Below, in pieces: positions 11,433 to 22,160 of a stretch of DNA of 64,000 nt; positions within the stretch are counted from its first letter, which is position 1; every line of letters starts with the position of its first letter. The translations under genes and the position numbers were made by a program. The notes beneath the pieces are model-generated. The model worked only from the letters and a program-made list of their open reading frames with translations. It made no database searches and was not told where the DNA came from. Origin of the DNA: an uncultured delta proteobacterium (lineage in GTDB: Bacteria; Myxococcota_A; Polyangia; Polyangiales; Polyangiaceae); assembly GCA_963806225.1 (NCBI GenBank), contig CAWDXG010000004.1, positions 5,568,001 through 5,632,000 on the forward strand, read 5' to 3'.

Positions 11433-13532
11433 ATGCGCGCAGAACGGGCTCGAAGAGAGCAATGGCTCGGTTCCTACCGGCTTGTCCGCCGGCTCGCCAC
11501 CGGCGGAATGGCGGAGGTGTACGAAGCGCGTCGCGTCGGTCCGGGGGGGTTCAGCAAGCGCTTCGCCATCAAACGCGTGCTCCCGCAGCTAGCCAGCGAT
11601 CCGCGCCTGCTCTCGATGTTCTGTGACGAAGCGCGCATCCACGCCGGGCTCTCGCATCCGAATCTCGTCCAGGTCGTCGATTTCGGTGACTCGCACGGCG
11701 AGCTCTACATGGCGATGGAGTACGTCGACGGCATCAACTGCGCCGAGCTGCTCGCTGCCGTCGAGTCCCGCGCCCGTAGCGTCGATCTCGCGCCCGCGCT
11801 GTTCATCGCCCGCGAGGTGCTGCGCGGGCTCGCCTACGCGCACGCCGCATGCGACGAGTCGGGGCAGCCGCTCCGGCTTGTGCACCGGGATGTCGCGCCC
11901 GGCAACATCCTGGTGGCCCGCTCCGGGGAGGTGAAGGTCGCGGACTTCGGGGTCATGCGTGGCCGCACGATCGAAGCGCGCACCGCGCCCGGCGAGATCA
12001 AGGGCAAGATCGGATACGTTTCGCCGGAGCAGGCACTGGGCAGGGACCTGGATGAGCGCAGCGATCTCTTCTCGCTCGGGGTGGTCCTGGCGGAGCTCCT
12101 GCTCGGCAGACCCCTCTTCCCGGGCAACACCGAGCTCGAGATCCTGGAGAACCTCCACCGAGGCAACCTGCAGACGCTGCAAGATCACGGGCGTCACATC
12201 CCCGAGGACGCCCGGGCGGTCCTACTGCATGCGCTGGAGCGCGATCCGGAGCTGCGCTTCTCGTGTGCCCGGGATTTCATCGCGGCCGTGGAGCAGGTGA
12301 TGGCCGCCCATCGCGTGGCCGCATCATCCGTCGCCCTCTCGGAATGGCTTGCGGATCTGGGCGTGCTGCCGATCGAGAGCAGCGTGCAGGACATGCCCGG
12401 GCCGAGGCACTCCGGCGAGCACGCCAAGGGCGACAATCCCTATGGCACCCGGATCGCCGGAGCGGTCCCGCAATCGATCTCGATGGCTCCGGACATCTCC
12501 GGCTTCCGCACGGCGGTCACGCCCGCCCGCGTCGGACACTCCGCTGGCGTTGTGCCCGCTGCGCGCGACCCGGTAGTCGAGGCGGACTACCGGATGCGCC
12601 GACCCGGCGGCACCATCGTCGGACCGCTTTCGCTGCCACGGCTGCTGGAGATGATCGCCACTGCCCGTGTCGGGCTCGACACTCTGGTGTCGCATGACGG
12701 CGGACCTTTTCTTCCGGTCGCGTCCGTGCAGGAGCTTTCGCGGCTCGCGTCGCGTTCCGCGTACCGGTTCTTCGAACCACTGGAGGGGCGGCGCCGGCAG
12801 CGCGCGGGCATCGACCGCGCCACGCTGCCTGCGTTATTGGCGAGTCTGGTGCTGCACCGCCAGACCGGTCTGCTGGTCGCCACGTCGCGGCGCGAACAGA
12901 AGCGGATCTACTTCGTGGACGGTTCACCGCTGTTCACGGCATCGACCGATCACGACGAGCTTCTGGGGTCCCGCCTCGTCGCCGACGGGCTGATGGATCG
13001 CGAATCGCTGGAGGGCGTTCTCGAACGAGGCTACCGGACCGGTCATCGGCTGGGCGAATCGTTGATTGCCGCAGGAGTGCTCAAGCCGAGCGGGCTCTTG
13101 AAGGCCGTCGCCGAGCAGCGCAGCGCGCGCATCACCGGGCTGTGCCGCTGGCCCGTCGGTGAGTTGTGCTTCGTGGAGGGTGTCCGTTGCGGGGAGGAAG
13201 CCGTCAGTCCGCCGGGCTCACCCCTCAAGCTGATGGCCGCCGCGATCCTCGCCGCGTACACCGACGACGAGATCGCCGCGCTGCTCGAGCCGCTACGCGC
13301 CGAATCGCTGGAACGCCGGCATGCGGCTGCCCGGCTCGGAGTGATGCTGGATCTGCCTGTTGCCCAGGCGCGCGCCCTGGCGCTGGCCGGCGGCGGGGCC
13401 TGCCTCGACGCCTTGATCCACGATGCCGCTCTCGCGAATGCGGCCGATGCGGCCCAGGTGCGCCGGGCGGTGTTCATCGGTCTGGCCGTCGGCGCGATCG
13501 GCTGCCAGAGCCGGCCGGCGGCGGCGTTCTAG
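11433..13532 (+). CDS. Ser/Thr protein kinase with C-terminal DUF4388/PATAN-like region
   Basis: LATGGMAEVY, HRDVAPGN, DFG, KGKIGYVSPEQ; C-terminal TGLL...KRIYFVDG...LLGSRLV...RLGESLI pattern. Start is approximate. Confidence 0.85.
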   Translation: MRAERARREQWLGSYRLVRRLATGGMAEVYEARRVGPGGFSKRFAIKRVLPQLASDPRLLSMFCDEARIHAGLSHPNLVQVVDFGDSHGELYMAMEYVDGINCAELLAAVESRARSVDLAPALFIAREVLRGLAYAHAACDESGQPLRLVHRDVAPGNILVARSGEVKVADFGVMRGRTIEARTAPGEIKGKIGYVSPEQALGRDLDERSDLFSLGVVLAELLLGRPLFPGNTELEILENLHRGNLQTLQDHGRHIPEDARAVLLHALERDPELRFSCARDFIAAVEQVMAAHRVAASSVALSEWLADLGVLPIESSVQDMPGPRHSGEHAKGDNPYGTRIAGAVPQSISMAPDISGFRTAVTPARVGHSAGVVPAARDPVVEADYRMRRPGGTIVGPLSLPRLLEMIATARVGLDTLVSHDGGPFLPVASVQELSRLASRSAYRFFEPLEGRRRQRAGIDRATLPALLASLVLHRQTGLLVATSRREQKRIYFVDGSPLFTASTDHDELLGSRLVADGLMDRESLEGVLERGYRTGHRLGESLIAAGVLKPSGLLKAVAEQRSARITGLCRWPVGELCFVEGVRCGEEAVSPPGSPLKLMAAAILAAYTDDEIAALLEPLRAESLERRHAAARLGVMLDLPVAQARALALAGGGACLDALIHDAALANAADAAQVRRAVFIGLAVGAIGCQSRPAAAF

Positions 13533-13669
13533 CGGGCTGTCTGGAGGATCGCGTAGATGGCCCAGCCGGTCAGCGCGATGCCGAGCAGCACCACGAAAAG
13601 TACCCAGCCGGAGGACACGACGAGCCCCGAGCGCTCGCGGCGGGGAGGCGGCTCGTCGGGCGGCGTCAT
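13529..13669 (-). CDS. Small single-TM hypothetical protein
   Basis: 46-aa ORF with a hydrophobic stretch, directly after the kinase at 13701..14630 on the same strand. Confidence 0.45.
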   Translation of the reverse strand: MTPPDEPPPRRERSGLVVSSGWVLFVVLLGIALTGWAIYAILQTAR

Positions 13670-13700
13670 GCCGGCAGTGTAGTCACGCGCCGCGCTCGGT

Positions 13701-14630
13701 CTACCCGGAGCCAGCACGAAGCGCCTGGGTGATACGTTCGCGATCGGGGCGCTGCGCCGGGTCGGTGCCCAGCAGCGCCGCGCAGAGCTCGTCGAGCTCT
13801 GCCGGGACGTGTTCCCGGCCGACGAGCAGGCTCGGGTGCGGAGCGCCCACGGTGCGCTTTCGCACGAACATGGCCTGCGCCGAGCCGCTGAACGGTAGAG
13901 AGCCCGTCAGCGCTTCGAACAGCATGACGCCCACCGCGTACCAGTCGCTGGCCGGCCCGGAGCTCGCGCGGTCCCATTGTTCAGGAGCCATGTAGGCCGC
14001 CGTACCGACCATCTCGCCCGATTCGTGCTCGTCGGGCAGGCCCAGATGGGTGACGAGGCCGTAGTCGAGCAAGACCAATCGGCCGCGGGGCGTGACCCGG
14101 ACGTTGTGCGGTCTGAGGTCGCGATGCACCAGCCCTGCGTCGTGGACCGCGCCCACCGCCGAGACCAGATCGGAAAACGCCTGGCGGAGACGCGCGATCC
14201 CCTCGGGTGTGCAGGGCGCATAGGCCGACCGACCCATCTCCTGGACGGGCTGCCCGAACGCCAGCGGCATGCTTCTCGGGGGCGCGGCTGGTTGCGACGG
14301 GCGGCGCAGATCCGAGCGAACGTACGCGACCAGATCGCTTCCTTCGACCAGCTCCATGGTGAAGAAGCGATCCTCCTCGTCGAGGAACAGTTCGTAGAGC
14401 CGCACCAGGTTGTCGTGTTCCACGTGCGAAAGGATCGAGAACTCGCGCTCGAAGCGCGCCAGCTGGGTCGGGTCGAGGCGGCCGGCGTCCTTGAGCAGTT
14501 TCAGCGCCACGCTCTGGCCGGTCTGTCGGTCGCGCGCCTGGTAGACAACGGCGAACTGACCTTCGCCGAGCTCGCGCTGGATCACGAAACGCCCGAACTC
14601 CCCGAGCACCGTCGGAGTACCTTGAGTCAT
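13701..14630 (-). CDS. Ser/Thr protein kinase (catalytic domain only)
   Basis: LGEGQFAVVY, VALK, HRDLRPHN, DYGL, GTAAYMAPEQ. Confidence 0.85.
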   Translation of the reverse strand: MTQGTPTVLGEFGRFVIQRELGEGQFAVVYQARDRQTGQSVALKLLKDAGRLDPTQLARFEREFSILSHVEHDNLVRLYELFLDEEDRFFTMELVEGSDLVAYVRSDLRRPSQPAAPPRSMPLAFGQPVQEMGRSAYAPCTPEGIARLRQAFSDLVSAVGAVHDAGLVHRDLRPHNVRVTPRGRLVLLDYGLVTHLGLPDEHESGEMVGTAAYMAPEQWDRASSGPASDWYAVGVMLFEALTGSLPFSGSAQAMFVRKRTVGAPHPSLLVGREHVPAELDELCAALLGTDPAQRPDRERITQALRAGSG

Positions 14631-14634
14631 CCCG

Positions 14635-15961
14635 CTACGCGCTCTGCTGGAAGTCGTACACTGGGCCGAGAGCCAAGATCCGCGTCAGCTCGTCGAGTGC
14701 CGTGTGCACCTCGACGAGTAGGGTCGGGTCGGCCAGATCCGACGCTACCAGGCGGTCGCGGTAGTGCCGCTCGACCCACGCGGTGAGCTCGGCAAACAGG
14801 GCATCATCGAAAAACACCCGCGCGCCGATCGCGTCGCGCTCCGCATTCGTCAGCGGCACCCTGAGCCTGAGGCACGCCGGGCCGCCGCCGTTGTTCATCG
14901 ATTCGTTCACGTCGATGTAGTGTACCGCCTCGACCGGGTTTTGCCCGGCGATGACGCGCTCGAGAAAGCGTCGCGTTCTGGCGTTCCGCTCGCTCTCCCG
15001 GGGTGCGATGATGGCCATGCTCCCCGAAGGAAGCGTTACCAGCTGCGAATTGAACGGATAGGCGGCCACGGCGTCCGCGACGGGCAACTCGGAACGGCCT
15101 GCCAGGCAGTAGGAGAAGTCTGTCCCGAGCCGCGATGCGAGCAAGTGGGTGAGCTCTTCTTGATCGACGAAGGCCGCTTCGTGCAGCATCAGGAAGCGGT
15201 CGTTGCCGACCGCGAGCACATCCGTGTGGAACGCCCCCGCGTCGATGCCCTCCGGGCTCTGCTGCCAGAGCAGCACGCCGTCGCCGGGCAGCTCGTGCAG
15301 GCGCGAGATCGCGCTGCTCGCCTCGCGCGTCTGGCGGGCCGGGAAGCGGGTGGGGGCCGCGCCCTCTCCCCACGTGCTACGGCCCCAGGCCAGCAGGTGC
15401 AGCGCCGCCTGCGATGTCGCCAGCCGGGTGTGGTTCGCGGCTCCCTCGTCGGCGAAATGCTCGCCGGCCGGCAGCGGATCGTGCACCACGAAGCGGTCGG
15501 GGTCGGCGAAGATGCGCCGGAGCACTGCGGTCGTCACCCGCGCTTCCAGCGCGCGGTGGAACATGGAGCTCAGGTTGGCGGGCGTCAGGTGCACGCGGCC
15601 GTCCCGTGCGTCATGGGATGGTGCGACCGTCGCTGCGTTCGCGGTCCACATCGACGACGCGCTGCTGCACAGCCTGAGCAGCTGGCCGTCGCCCTCGGCG
15701 GCGCGTGCCAGAACCGTGGCGTTGTCGCCTGCGAACCCGAGCCGCCGGAGGGCCTCGACGTTCCGGCCGTGGCTGCGGCGGCAATACGGCCTGCCCCACC
15801 CCCAGCGAGGCCACGAAGCGCATCTTCGCCAGCCCCTGCAGCGCTGCAGAGCGCGGATTGGACACCTCGCCCGCATGCGACGCGCTTGCCAGATTGCCGG
15901 GGCTCAAGCCCGCGAAATTGTGCGTCGGGCCGACCAGCCCGTCGAAGTTGTACTCGCGCAC
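14635..15961 (-). CDS. astB: N-succinylarginine dihydrolase, frameshifted near 15790
   Basis: N-terminus [24 protein letters not shown]...[13 protein letters not shown] (ORF 15611..15997); C-part [50 protein letters not shown] (ORF 14635..15876). Confidence 0.92.
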
Positions 15962-16040
15962 AGCCGCCAGCGTAGTGTCAGCCCGCCGTGCCGGCAATCA
16001 CGGCCCGCGTCGCGTCGCTATCAAGCAGCTCGACAGCTGC

Positions 16041-17222
16041 TCAGTCGCGCTCGAGTTGTGCGGAGCGCTCGTCGGCGTGCGCCGGTGCGAGCAGGCCGGC
16101 GAGCACGTGACCCGCGTCGGCGTCCGTGTCGGCCTGCACGCCCATCATCTGCCGCAGCGTTGGCGCGATGTCCGCAAGGTGCCGCGGCTCGGGGGCGCTG
16201 ACCAGCCCGTGCGCCCGGATCAGCGAACCTCCGGCTACCAACCACGTGCGCATGGCCGAAGCCACGCCGCCGTGATTCCGGCATTCAGGATCGCGGCCAT
16301 GATCCGCCGTGACGAAGAAAGCCGTCTCCCATCCCTGCTCGTGGAGCGACGCCAGCGTTCGGGCGACCTTTCCGACCACCTTGTCGGCTCGTTGCAGGGC
16401 ACCCAGGTAGTCCTTGTAGTCGTTTCTGTGGCCCCACTCGTCCGTGTCGCCGAGCCCGATGAACAGGAATCGCGGGTGCCGGGCGCGCAGGTAGTGGAGC
16501 GCGATGGCCGCCGTATTTCGATCCGGCCGATAGTCGTCGGAGCCCGGAAGCGGACCTGCGCGCCTGCCGTCCGACAGCAGCTTCTCCGCCTTGGCGTCGA
16601 AACGCAGCTGGTCGAGATGGTTTCCGGTGATGCGACCGGCCGACATCACTATGCGCGACGGCTCTTCTGCCGCAGCGTGTGCGATGCCTGACCACGACGC
16701 GATCACGGCGACGTCCCCGATCGACGAAGCAGGTTGGGCCGCGATCTGGTCGATCACCGTGGTCCGATCGATGCGCGGACAAGCATTGGTGGAACAGCCG
16801 GTTGTCCGCCGGCCGCTTGCGATCTCCATGTATCCCGGGAGCGACTTCACAGCGTGATCGCTCGCGGAGATCGGCTCGCCGTGTCCCGGCGCCCCGAGCG
16901 CGGCGCCCGCGCCCGCGGCCAGTGCGTGGAGCTCCGGCACCAGCTTCGCCGGTCCCACTAGCTGCGAGGCGGCCATGCCGTGCTCGCGTGCGAGGCGGCG
17001 ATCGACGCCCTGGAATACCTCCTGCCACCGCACCCCGTCGATCGTGATGAGCACGACGCTCTGTCGCGCCGGGCGGCTCGCTGCTGGTGGCTTCGCCCGT
17101 ACGGGAGTCGGGAGGGCGAGGTGCGGAGGTTCGACCGGGCTGTCCAGGCGCAGGGCCGGCTCCTGTCCGGCACAGCCGAACAGCACGAACACAAGCACCG
17201 GGAACAGACGTAGATTCACCAT
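16041..17222 (-). CDS. Alkaline phosphatase superfamily (phosphoglyceromutase/phosphodiesterase-like) lipoprotein
   Basis: VVLITIDGVRWQEVF, SLPGY, DTDEWGH, VTADHGR, DIAPTL. Confidence 0.8.
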   Translation of the reverse strand: MVNLRLFPVLVFVLFGCAGQEPALRLDSPVEPPHLALPTPVRAKPPAASRPARQSVVLITIDGVRWQEVFQGVDRRLAREHGMAASQLVGPAKLVPELHALAAGAGAALGAPGHGEPISASDHAVKSLPGYMEIASGRRTTGCSTNACPRIDRTTVIDQIAAQPASSIGDVAVIASWSGIAHAAAEEPSRIVMSAGRITGNHLDQLRFDAKAEKLLSDGRRAGPLPGSDDYRPDRNTAAIALHYLRARHPRFLFIGLGDTDEWGHRNDYKDYLGALQRADKVVGKVARTLASLHEQGWETAFFVTADHGRDPECRNHGGVASAMRTWLVAGGSLIRAHGLVSAPEPRHLADIAPTLRQMMGVQADTDADAGHVLAGLLAPAHADERSAQLERD

Positions 17223-17420
17223 TCGATCGAGAAGAACGAACCTCGAGCCCCCCAGTATGATGTCGGACGTCGCCGCGGGGCGAAGCTAGCCCGCCGAAGC
17301 ACGGCAACATGGAAAAACGTAGCACGAACAGGCTCTTTCGCAAGTTCGTGGCTGGCAGCGCCCGGCCTTGTCGGCGAGCCTGCCGGTGCCGTGCTGGAAC
17401 CGTGTGCTAACACGCCGCCG

Positions 17421-18617
17421 ATGACGGAGCGCCTCTACTACGACGACCCGTTCCTGCTTGAGTTCGACGCGCACGTTACGGCGCGGGGTGAACTTGCCGG
17501 AAGGCAATCGCTGGTGCTCGACCGGACCGCGTTCTACCCCGAGTCCGGCGGGCAGATGGCCGACCGCGGGCAGCTGGGCGACGCGCGGGTGATCGACGTG
17601 CAGGTCGACGCGGCTGGCGTCGTGCACCATCTGCTTGAAGGCGAGCTGCCGGAACCGGGCACGAGCGTGCACGGCAGCATCGACCGCGCGCGGCGGCGGG
17701 TCCACATGGCCCTGCACACCGGCCAGCACATGCTCTCCCGCGCGCTGGTCGACGTGGCGCACGGCGAAACCGTGTCGTCGCGCCTGGGCGAGACCAGTTG
17801 CACTATCGACGTGGACGCCCGCGAGATCGGCGAGCAGACACTTGTCCGGATCGAGGATCTGGTCAATTCGATCATCGACGACGACGTTGCGGTGCGCGCC
17901 TGGTTTCCAGAGGCGGACGAGCTGTCGTCGCTCGAGCTCCGGCGCACGCCCAAGGTCGAGGACCACATCCGCGTCGTGCGCATCGGCGATTTCGACCTCA
18001 CGCCGTGCGGGGGGACGCACTGCACCCGGAGCGCGCAGGTGGGCCTGCTTCGCATTACCGGAGTCGAACGCTACAAGGGCGGCACGCGTCTGGGCTTCGC
18101 TGCCGGGCGCCGTGCGCGCGAGCTGCTGGGCGGCGAGTCGGAAGTGTTGCGCGAGCTCGGCCGCGCATTCACGTGCGGCCCGCAGGAAGTGCCAGCCGCC
18201 GTGGACAAGCTTCGACGTCAGCTCGGCGAGGCGCGCGAGTCGCTGGGTCTGGTTCGCACGCGGCTCGCCGAACAGACGGCGGCCGGCCTTCTGGCGCGCG
18301 CCGCAGAGAGCGGTGAGCGTCACTTCGTGGTCCAGCTTGAAGGTGCGCCTGCGGAGTTGCTGCGTGCGGTCGGCTCGCGGCTGACCGCTCTGTCCGATGC
18401 GGTGGCGCTCCTGGCGGGAGGCACCTCGGAGGGCACGCCCGTGCTCGCCGTGCGCGGCAGCGACAGCGATTTCGACTGCGGGGGGTTCATCAAGCGCGCC
18501 GCGACGGCAAGTGGCGGCCGTGGCGGTGGTCGGCCCGAGCGTGCCGAAGGGCGCCTACCGCCGGGTGTCGACTGGCCGGCGCTCGTTTCCCGGTTGCTCG
18601 AGCACCTCGATTCCTGA
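17421..18617 (+). CDS. Alanyl-tRNA editing protein (AlaX-type) with C-terminal DHHA1 domain
   Basis: MTERLYY, TAFYPESGGQ, HTGQH and CGGTH Zn ligands, GGRGGG. Confidence 0.88.
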   Translation: MTERLYYDDPFLLEFDAHVTARGELAGRQSLVLDRTAFYPESGGQMADRGQLGDARVIDVQVDAAGVVHHLLEGELPEPGTSVHGSIDRARRRVHMALHTGQHMLSRALVDVAHGETVSSRLGETSCTIDVDAREIGEQTLVRIEDLVNSIIDDDVAVRAWFPEADELSSLELRRTPKVEDHIRVVRIGDFDLTPCGGTHCTRSAQVGLLRITGVERYKGGTRLGFAAGRRARELLGGESEVLRELGRAFTCGPQEVPAAVDKLRRQLGEARESLGLVRTRLAEQTAAGLLARAAESGERHFVVQLEGAPAELLRAVGSRLTALSDAVALLAGGTSEGTPVLAVRGSDSDFDCGGFIKRAATASGGRGGGRPERAEGRLPPGVDWPALVSRLLEHLDS

Positions 18618-18807
18618 GCGGCGCGAGGCGCGCTGATCGGCGAGTGGGTGCGGCTGTGCCACTCCGGACCACAATGCACTCCGATGTCGTGAACACTGCG
18701 CGCGTGCCTCGCATCTAGTGTGCTGCATCAGGGCAGCTCTCGTGGGTTTACGAGGGCGGCCCAGGACTATGTGGAGGGCGGCACCGGGCTTTGGCCCGGG
18801 CGGTCGT

Positions 18808-20961
18808 ATGGGTGTGTGCATGCTTGAAAAGAGCGGGCGGCTTGTCGGTGTAGCGGCGTTGATCTGGCTCGTCGGTTGCAGCGGCGGCAATTCGAGAGGG
18901 GCGGCGCGCAGCGACGCGGGAACGACCGGCGGGGCCGCCGGTTTCACTGCAGGCGGCAGCGGGGGCAGCGGCGCTTCCGGTGGCACGGGCAACACCGGTG
19001 GTAGCGGGGCTGCCGGATCCGGTGGCAGCAGCGCTTCCGGTGGCACGGGCAACGCCGGCGGCAGCGGCGCTTCCGGTGGCACAGGCAACACCGGTGGCAG
19101 CGGTGGCACGACGAGCTGCGCCCACGGCGTATGCACCCAGGGTGTTGCGCTCGCCAACGGCTGCGATGCGTGCGTCGGCAAGGTGTGCGCCTCCGACAGC
19201 TTCTGCTGCAGCGGCGGCTGGGACGGTCTCTGCATCCAGGACGCTTCGCAGCTCTGCAACGGCATCTGCGGAACGGGTGGCTTCGGAGGCAGCGGCGGCT
19301 TCGGAGGCAGCGGCGGCTTCGGAGGCAGCGGCGGCTTCGGAGGCAGCGGCGGCTTCGGAGGCAGCGGCGGGTCCGGAGGTGGCGGTCCGTGCAGCCAGGC
19401 CACCTGCTATCAGGGCTGCTGCGACGCGGCAGGCAAATGCGTCACGCCCTCCAACGCCGCCTGCGGCTACCACGGTGCGGCGTGCCTCGACTGCACCAAG
19501 AGCGGCAGCGTGTGCAATGGCTCGAGCTGCGCCGAGTGCAAGCCGGACTGCGGCGGCAAGCAATGCGGCGATCCGGACGGCTGCGGCGGATCGTGCAAGG
19601 CCGACTGTCCTGCCGGACAGTTCTGTGCCGTGGGCTTTTCGGGTCTACCCGCGAAGTGCGAGAAGTGCGGTCCTTCGACCTGCCCGAACGGCTGCTGCAC
19701 CGCCGACGGCCAGTGCGTGAGCGGTGGCAAGCGGCACGAGTGCGGCAGCGGTGGCAAGGCGTGCACCGACTGCGGCGCGCAGGCCTGCAACTCGCAGGGC
19801 TACGGCTACCCGCCGAAGTACGCCTGCGGCGCCTGTGGTGCGAGCTGCGACCCGTATCCCGATCCGCAGTACCCGATGTGCCAGTCCGACGGATGCGGAA
19901 ATATCTGTCCGGGCTCGGGCTGCGACCAGAGCTACGGCTCCGAGGAGTGCCAGGTCGGAAGCGACGGTTACGCACAGTGCGTGCCGACCGACTTCTGCGA
20001 TCCGAGCATGTGCGCCAGCGGTTGCTGCGACTACTCGAGCGGCTGGAACGGCAAGTGCGTGAAAGGCAATCTGCCGAGCACCTGCGGTACCAATGGCATC
20101 CAATGCGTAGACTGCGTCGCCAAGGGCGGAAGCTGCGACGTGAACACCCAGACCTGCACCAACTGCACGCCCGACTGCTCGAGCAAGTACTCCTGCGGAC
20201 AGGGCGACGGCTGCGGAGGTATCTGCACCGGCCTGACCGGCGGCCAGTGTGGCAGCCAGCCGGGGACCGTGTGCAGCGATCAGGGCACGTGTGTGTGTCC
20301 GACGGCTGGCGCACTGTCCTGCTACGACCAGACCGCGAAGAAGTATGACTGCCGCGACACCCTTTTTGATCCGGACAACTGCGGTGGCTGCGACGTCAAG
20401 TGCCCTGCCGGTTCGGCCTGTGTGAACGGGACGTGCGATTGCCCGGCGGGCTCGCTGTTCTGCAAGTCCGGCACCGCCGGGCAGGCCGGGACCTGCACCA
20501 ACCTGGCGACCGATCCGGACAACTGCGGCCTATGCGGGAACAAGTGCCCCGGCACGACTTGCACCGATGGCAAGTGCGCTGCCTGTCCGTCCGGTACACA
20601 GAAGTGCGGCTACCAGAACCCGGTCTGTGCCGATCTACAGACGGACGCGAACAACTGCGGTCAGTGCAACAACGTGTGCCCCAGCGGCATCAGCTGCGTC
20701 GCGGGCAAGTGCCAGTGCCCCACGGGGCAGACTTCCTGCAGCGCGAAGTGCACCGACACCGACACCGATGCCCAAAACTGCGGTAGTTGCGGCGTGAAGT
20801 GCCCGACCGGCGTCGCGTGCAGCGGCGGGAAATGCCAATGCCCGGCGGGGACCACGTTCTGCAATGGCGCGTGCACGAACACCGACGTGGACCCGGACAA
20901 CTGCGGGGGCTGCAACGTGATCTGCCCGAACTACTACTGCAGCGGTGGAAAGTGCGGCTAG
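18808..20961 (+). CDS. Large Cys-rich repeat lipoprotein (Gly linkers, STIG1-like DxxNCGxC repeats)
   Basis: Lipobox LVGC, GGFGGS repeats (~19277-19370), five TDxxNCGxCxxxC-type repeats at the C-terminus. Confidence 0.75.
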   Translation: MGVCMLEKSGRLVGVAALIWLVGCSGGNSRGAARSDAGTTGGAAGFTAGGSGGSGASGGTGNTGGSGAAGSGGSSASGGTGNAGGSGASGGTGNTGGSGGTTSCAHGVCTQGVALANGCDACVGKVCASDSFCCSGGWDGLCIQDASQLCNGICGTGGFGGSGGFGGSGGFGGSGGFGGSGGFGGSGGSGGGGPCSQATCYQGCCDAAGKCVTPSNAACGYHGAACLDCTKSGSVCNGSSCAECKPDCGGKQCGDPDGCGGSCKADCPAGQFCAVGFSGLPAKCEKCGPSTCPNGCCTADGQCVSGGKRHECGSGGKACTDCGAQACNSQGYGYPPKYACGACGASCDPYPDPQYPMCQSDGCGNICPGSGCDQSYGSEECQVGSDGYAQCVPTDFCDPSMCASGCCDYSSGWNGKCVKGNLPSTCGTNGIQCVDCVAKGGSCDVNTQTCTNCTPDCSSKYSCGQGDGCGGICTGLTGGQCGSQPGTVCSDQGTCVCPTAGALSCYDQTAKKYDCRDTLFDPDNCGGCDVKCPAGSACVNGTCDCPAGSLFCKSGTAGQAGTCTNLATDPDNCGLCGNKCPGTTCTDGKCAACPSGTQKCGYQNPVCADLQTDANNCGQCNNVCPSGISCVAGKCQCPTGQTSCSAKCTDTDTDAQNCGSCGVKCPTGVACSGGKCQCPAGTTFCNGACTNTDVDPDNCGGCNVICPNYYCSGGKCG

Positions 20962-21056
20962 CCGGCGACGGACGGCGGCGCGGCGCCCTGGGACTCCCGG
21001 TGCGCCGCGCGCGGTTCTTCTTTCCCTCTACTTCGTGTTCGCGACGCTGGTGACGG

Positions 21057-21977
21057 TCAGCCTCTCGTTTGCTCGAGCGCGCGGTCCAGCTCGGCCCACG
21101 TGATCACCCGGTCGAGCCGCGGATGCTCGATAGCCAGATCCCGCGCGTGGCGGCCACCGACCCATACCCGGACACCTTCGGGCAGCTCCCCGAGTATCTT
21201 GCGCAGGTACTCCGCCGTGGTGGCGGGATCCGACGCGGCCGACACCGAGATCCCGACGACGGCAGCGCCGAGCGCGCGCGCGGCTTCGACGATCTGCCCC
21301 GGCGGCGTATCCACGCCGAGCAGGCGCGGGACGGCGCCGTGCACCGCCAGGTAGAGCGCGACCATCTCGATGCCGAGCCCGTGCTGTTCACCCGGCAGTG
21401 TGGTCAGGAGGACCGGTGCGCCGCTTGCGGTCTCCTCGTAGGCGGAGAGCAGCAGCCTGAGCTGTGTCGACAGCGCGGCGGTGAGCAGGTGCTCGTGGCG
21501 CACGTCGAGCTGCCCGCGCTCCCAGGCTTTTCCCACTCCTTCCACCAGCGGATCGGCGACTTCCATCAGGAACCGGTGCGCCCCGAGCGTGGCGACGGCT
21601 TGTTTGAGCTCCGCGCGCAGTGCGTCGGCATCGTCGCGAGCGAGCGTGTCGAGCAGCGACTCTACGGTTGGCGCGCCGGGGTCCGCATCGAAGCGCGGCT
21701 TTGCCGAGGTCCGGAGCAGACCCTTCAGCTCCCCGGGCGCGCGGTGGATGACTTCCCCGGCCCGGAAGCCGGCCTTGAGCGCACGCGACACGAGCACGAG
21801 ACGTTCGATCTCGCCGTCCGAGTACACCCGGATGCCCGAGTCGTTGCGCGCAGGTGACGGAAAGCCGTAGCGCCGCTCCCACATGCGCAACGTGTCCGAC
21901 GAGATGCCGGTCAGGCGTGATGCGACGCGGATGGAATAGCCGCTCCCGGTTGGCTTGGTGGGTGACGGCGGATCCAT
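21057..21977 (-). CDS. MerR-family regulator with cobalamin-binding domain (CarH/CarA-like)
   Basis: YSIRVASRLTGISSDTLRMWERRYG HTH; W-x9-EH (WERGQLDVRHEH); ExH motif GEQHGLG; VWVGG. Confidence 0.88.
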   Translation of the reverse strand: MDPPSPTKPTGSGYSIRVASRLTGISSDTLRMWERRYGFPSPARNDSGIRVYSDGEIERLVLVSRALKAGFRAGEVIHRAPGELKGLLRTSAKPRFDADPGAPTVESLLDTLARDDADALRAELKQAVATLGAHRFLMEVADPLVEGVGKAWERGQLDVRHEHLLTAALSTQLRLLLSAYEETASGAPVLLTTLPGEQHGLGIEMVALYLAVHGAVPRLLGVDTPPGQIVEAARALGAAVVGISVSAASDPATTAEYLRKILGELPEGVRVWVGGRHARDLAIEHPRLDRVITWAELDRALEQTRG

Positions 21978-22160
21978 GCTTCCCGCATAGTCCTGGACAT
22001 ATCCTTGTCAACCGTACACCGACGCTCGCGAGCGGGAGCCGGCGCGGGTCGCAGGCACGCTGGCGCGGCGCACTATGTGGTACGAGGTAGGTTCGCGATG
22101 TACTCGGAATCGCCCGGTATTTCGTTGACGCGGTGGCGCGGCCGGGCGCATCTTGGGCGC

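Noticed and set aside
250..19385. Short tandem repeats at ~380-480, ~6350-6405 and ~19277-19370 as non-coding elements
   Set aside because: They are in-frame Gly-rich or Pro/Asp/Ser linkers within proteins.
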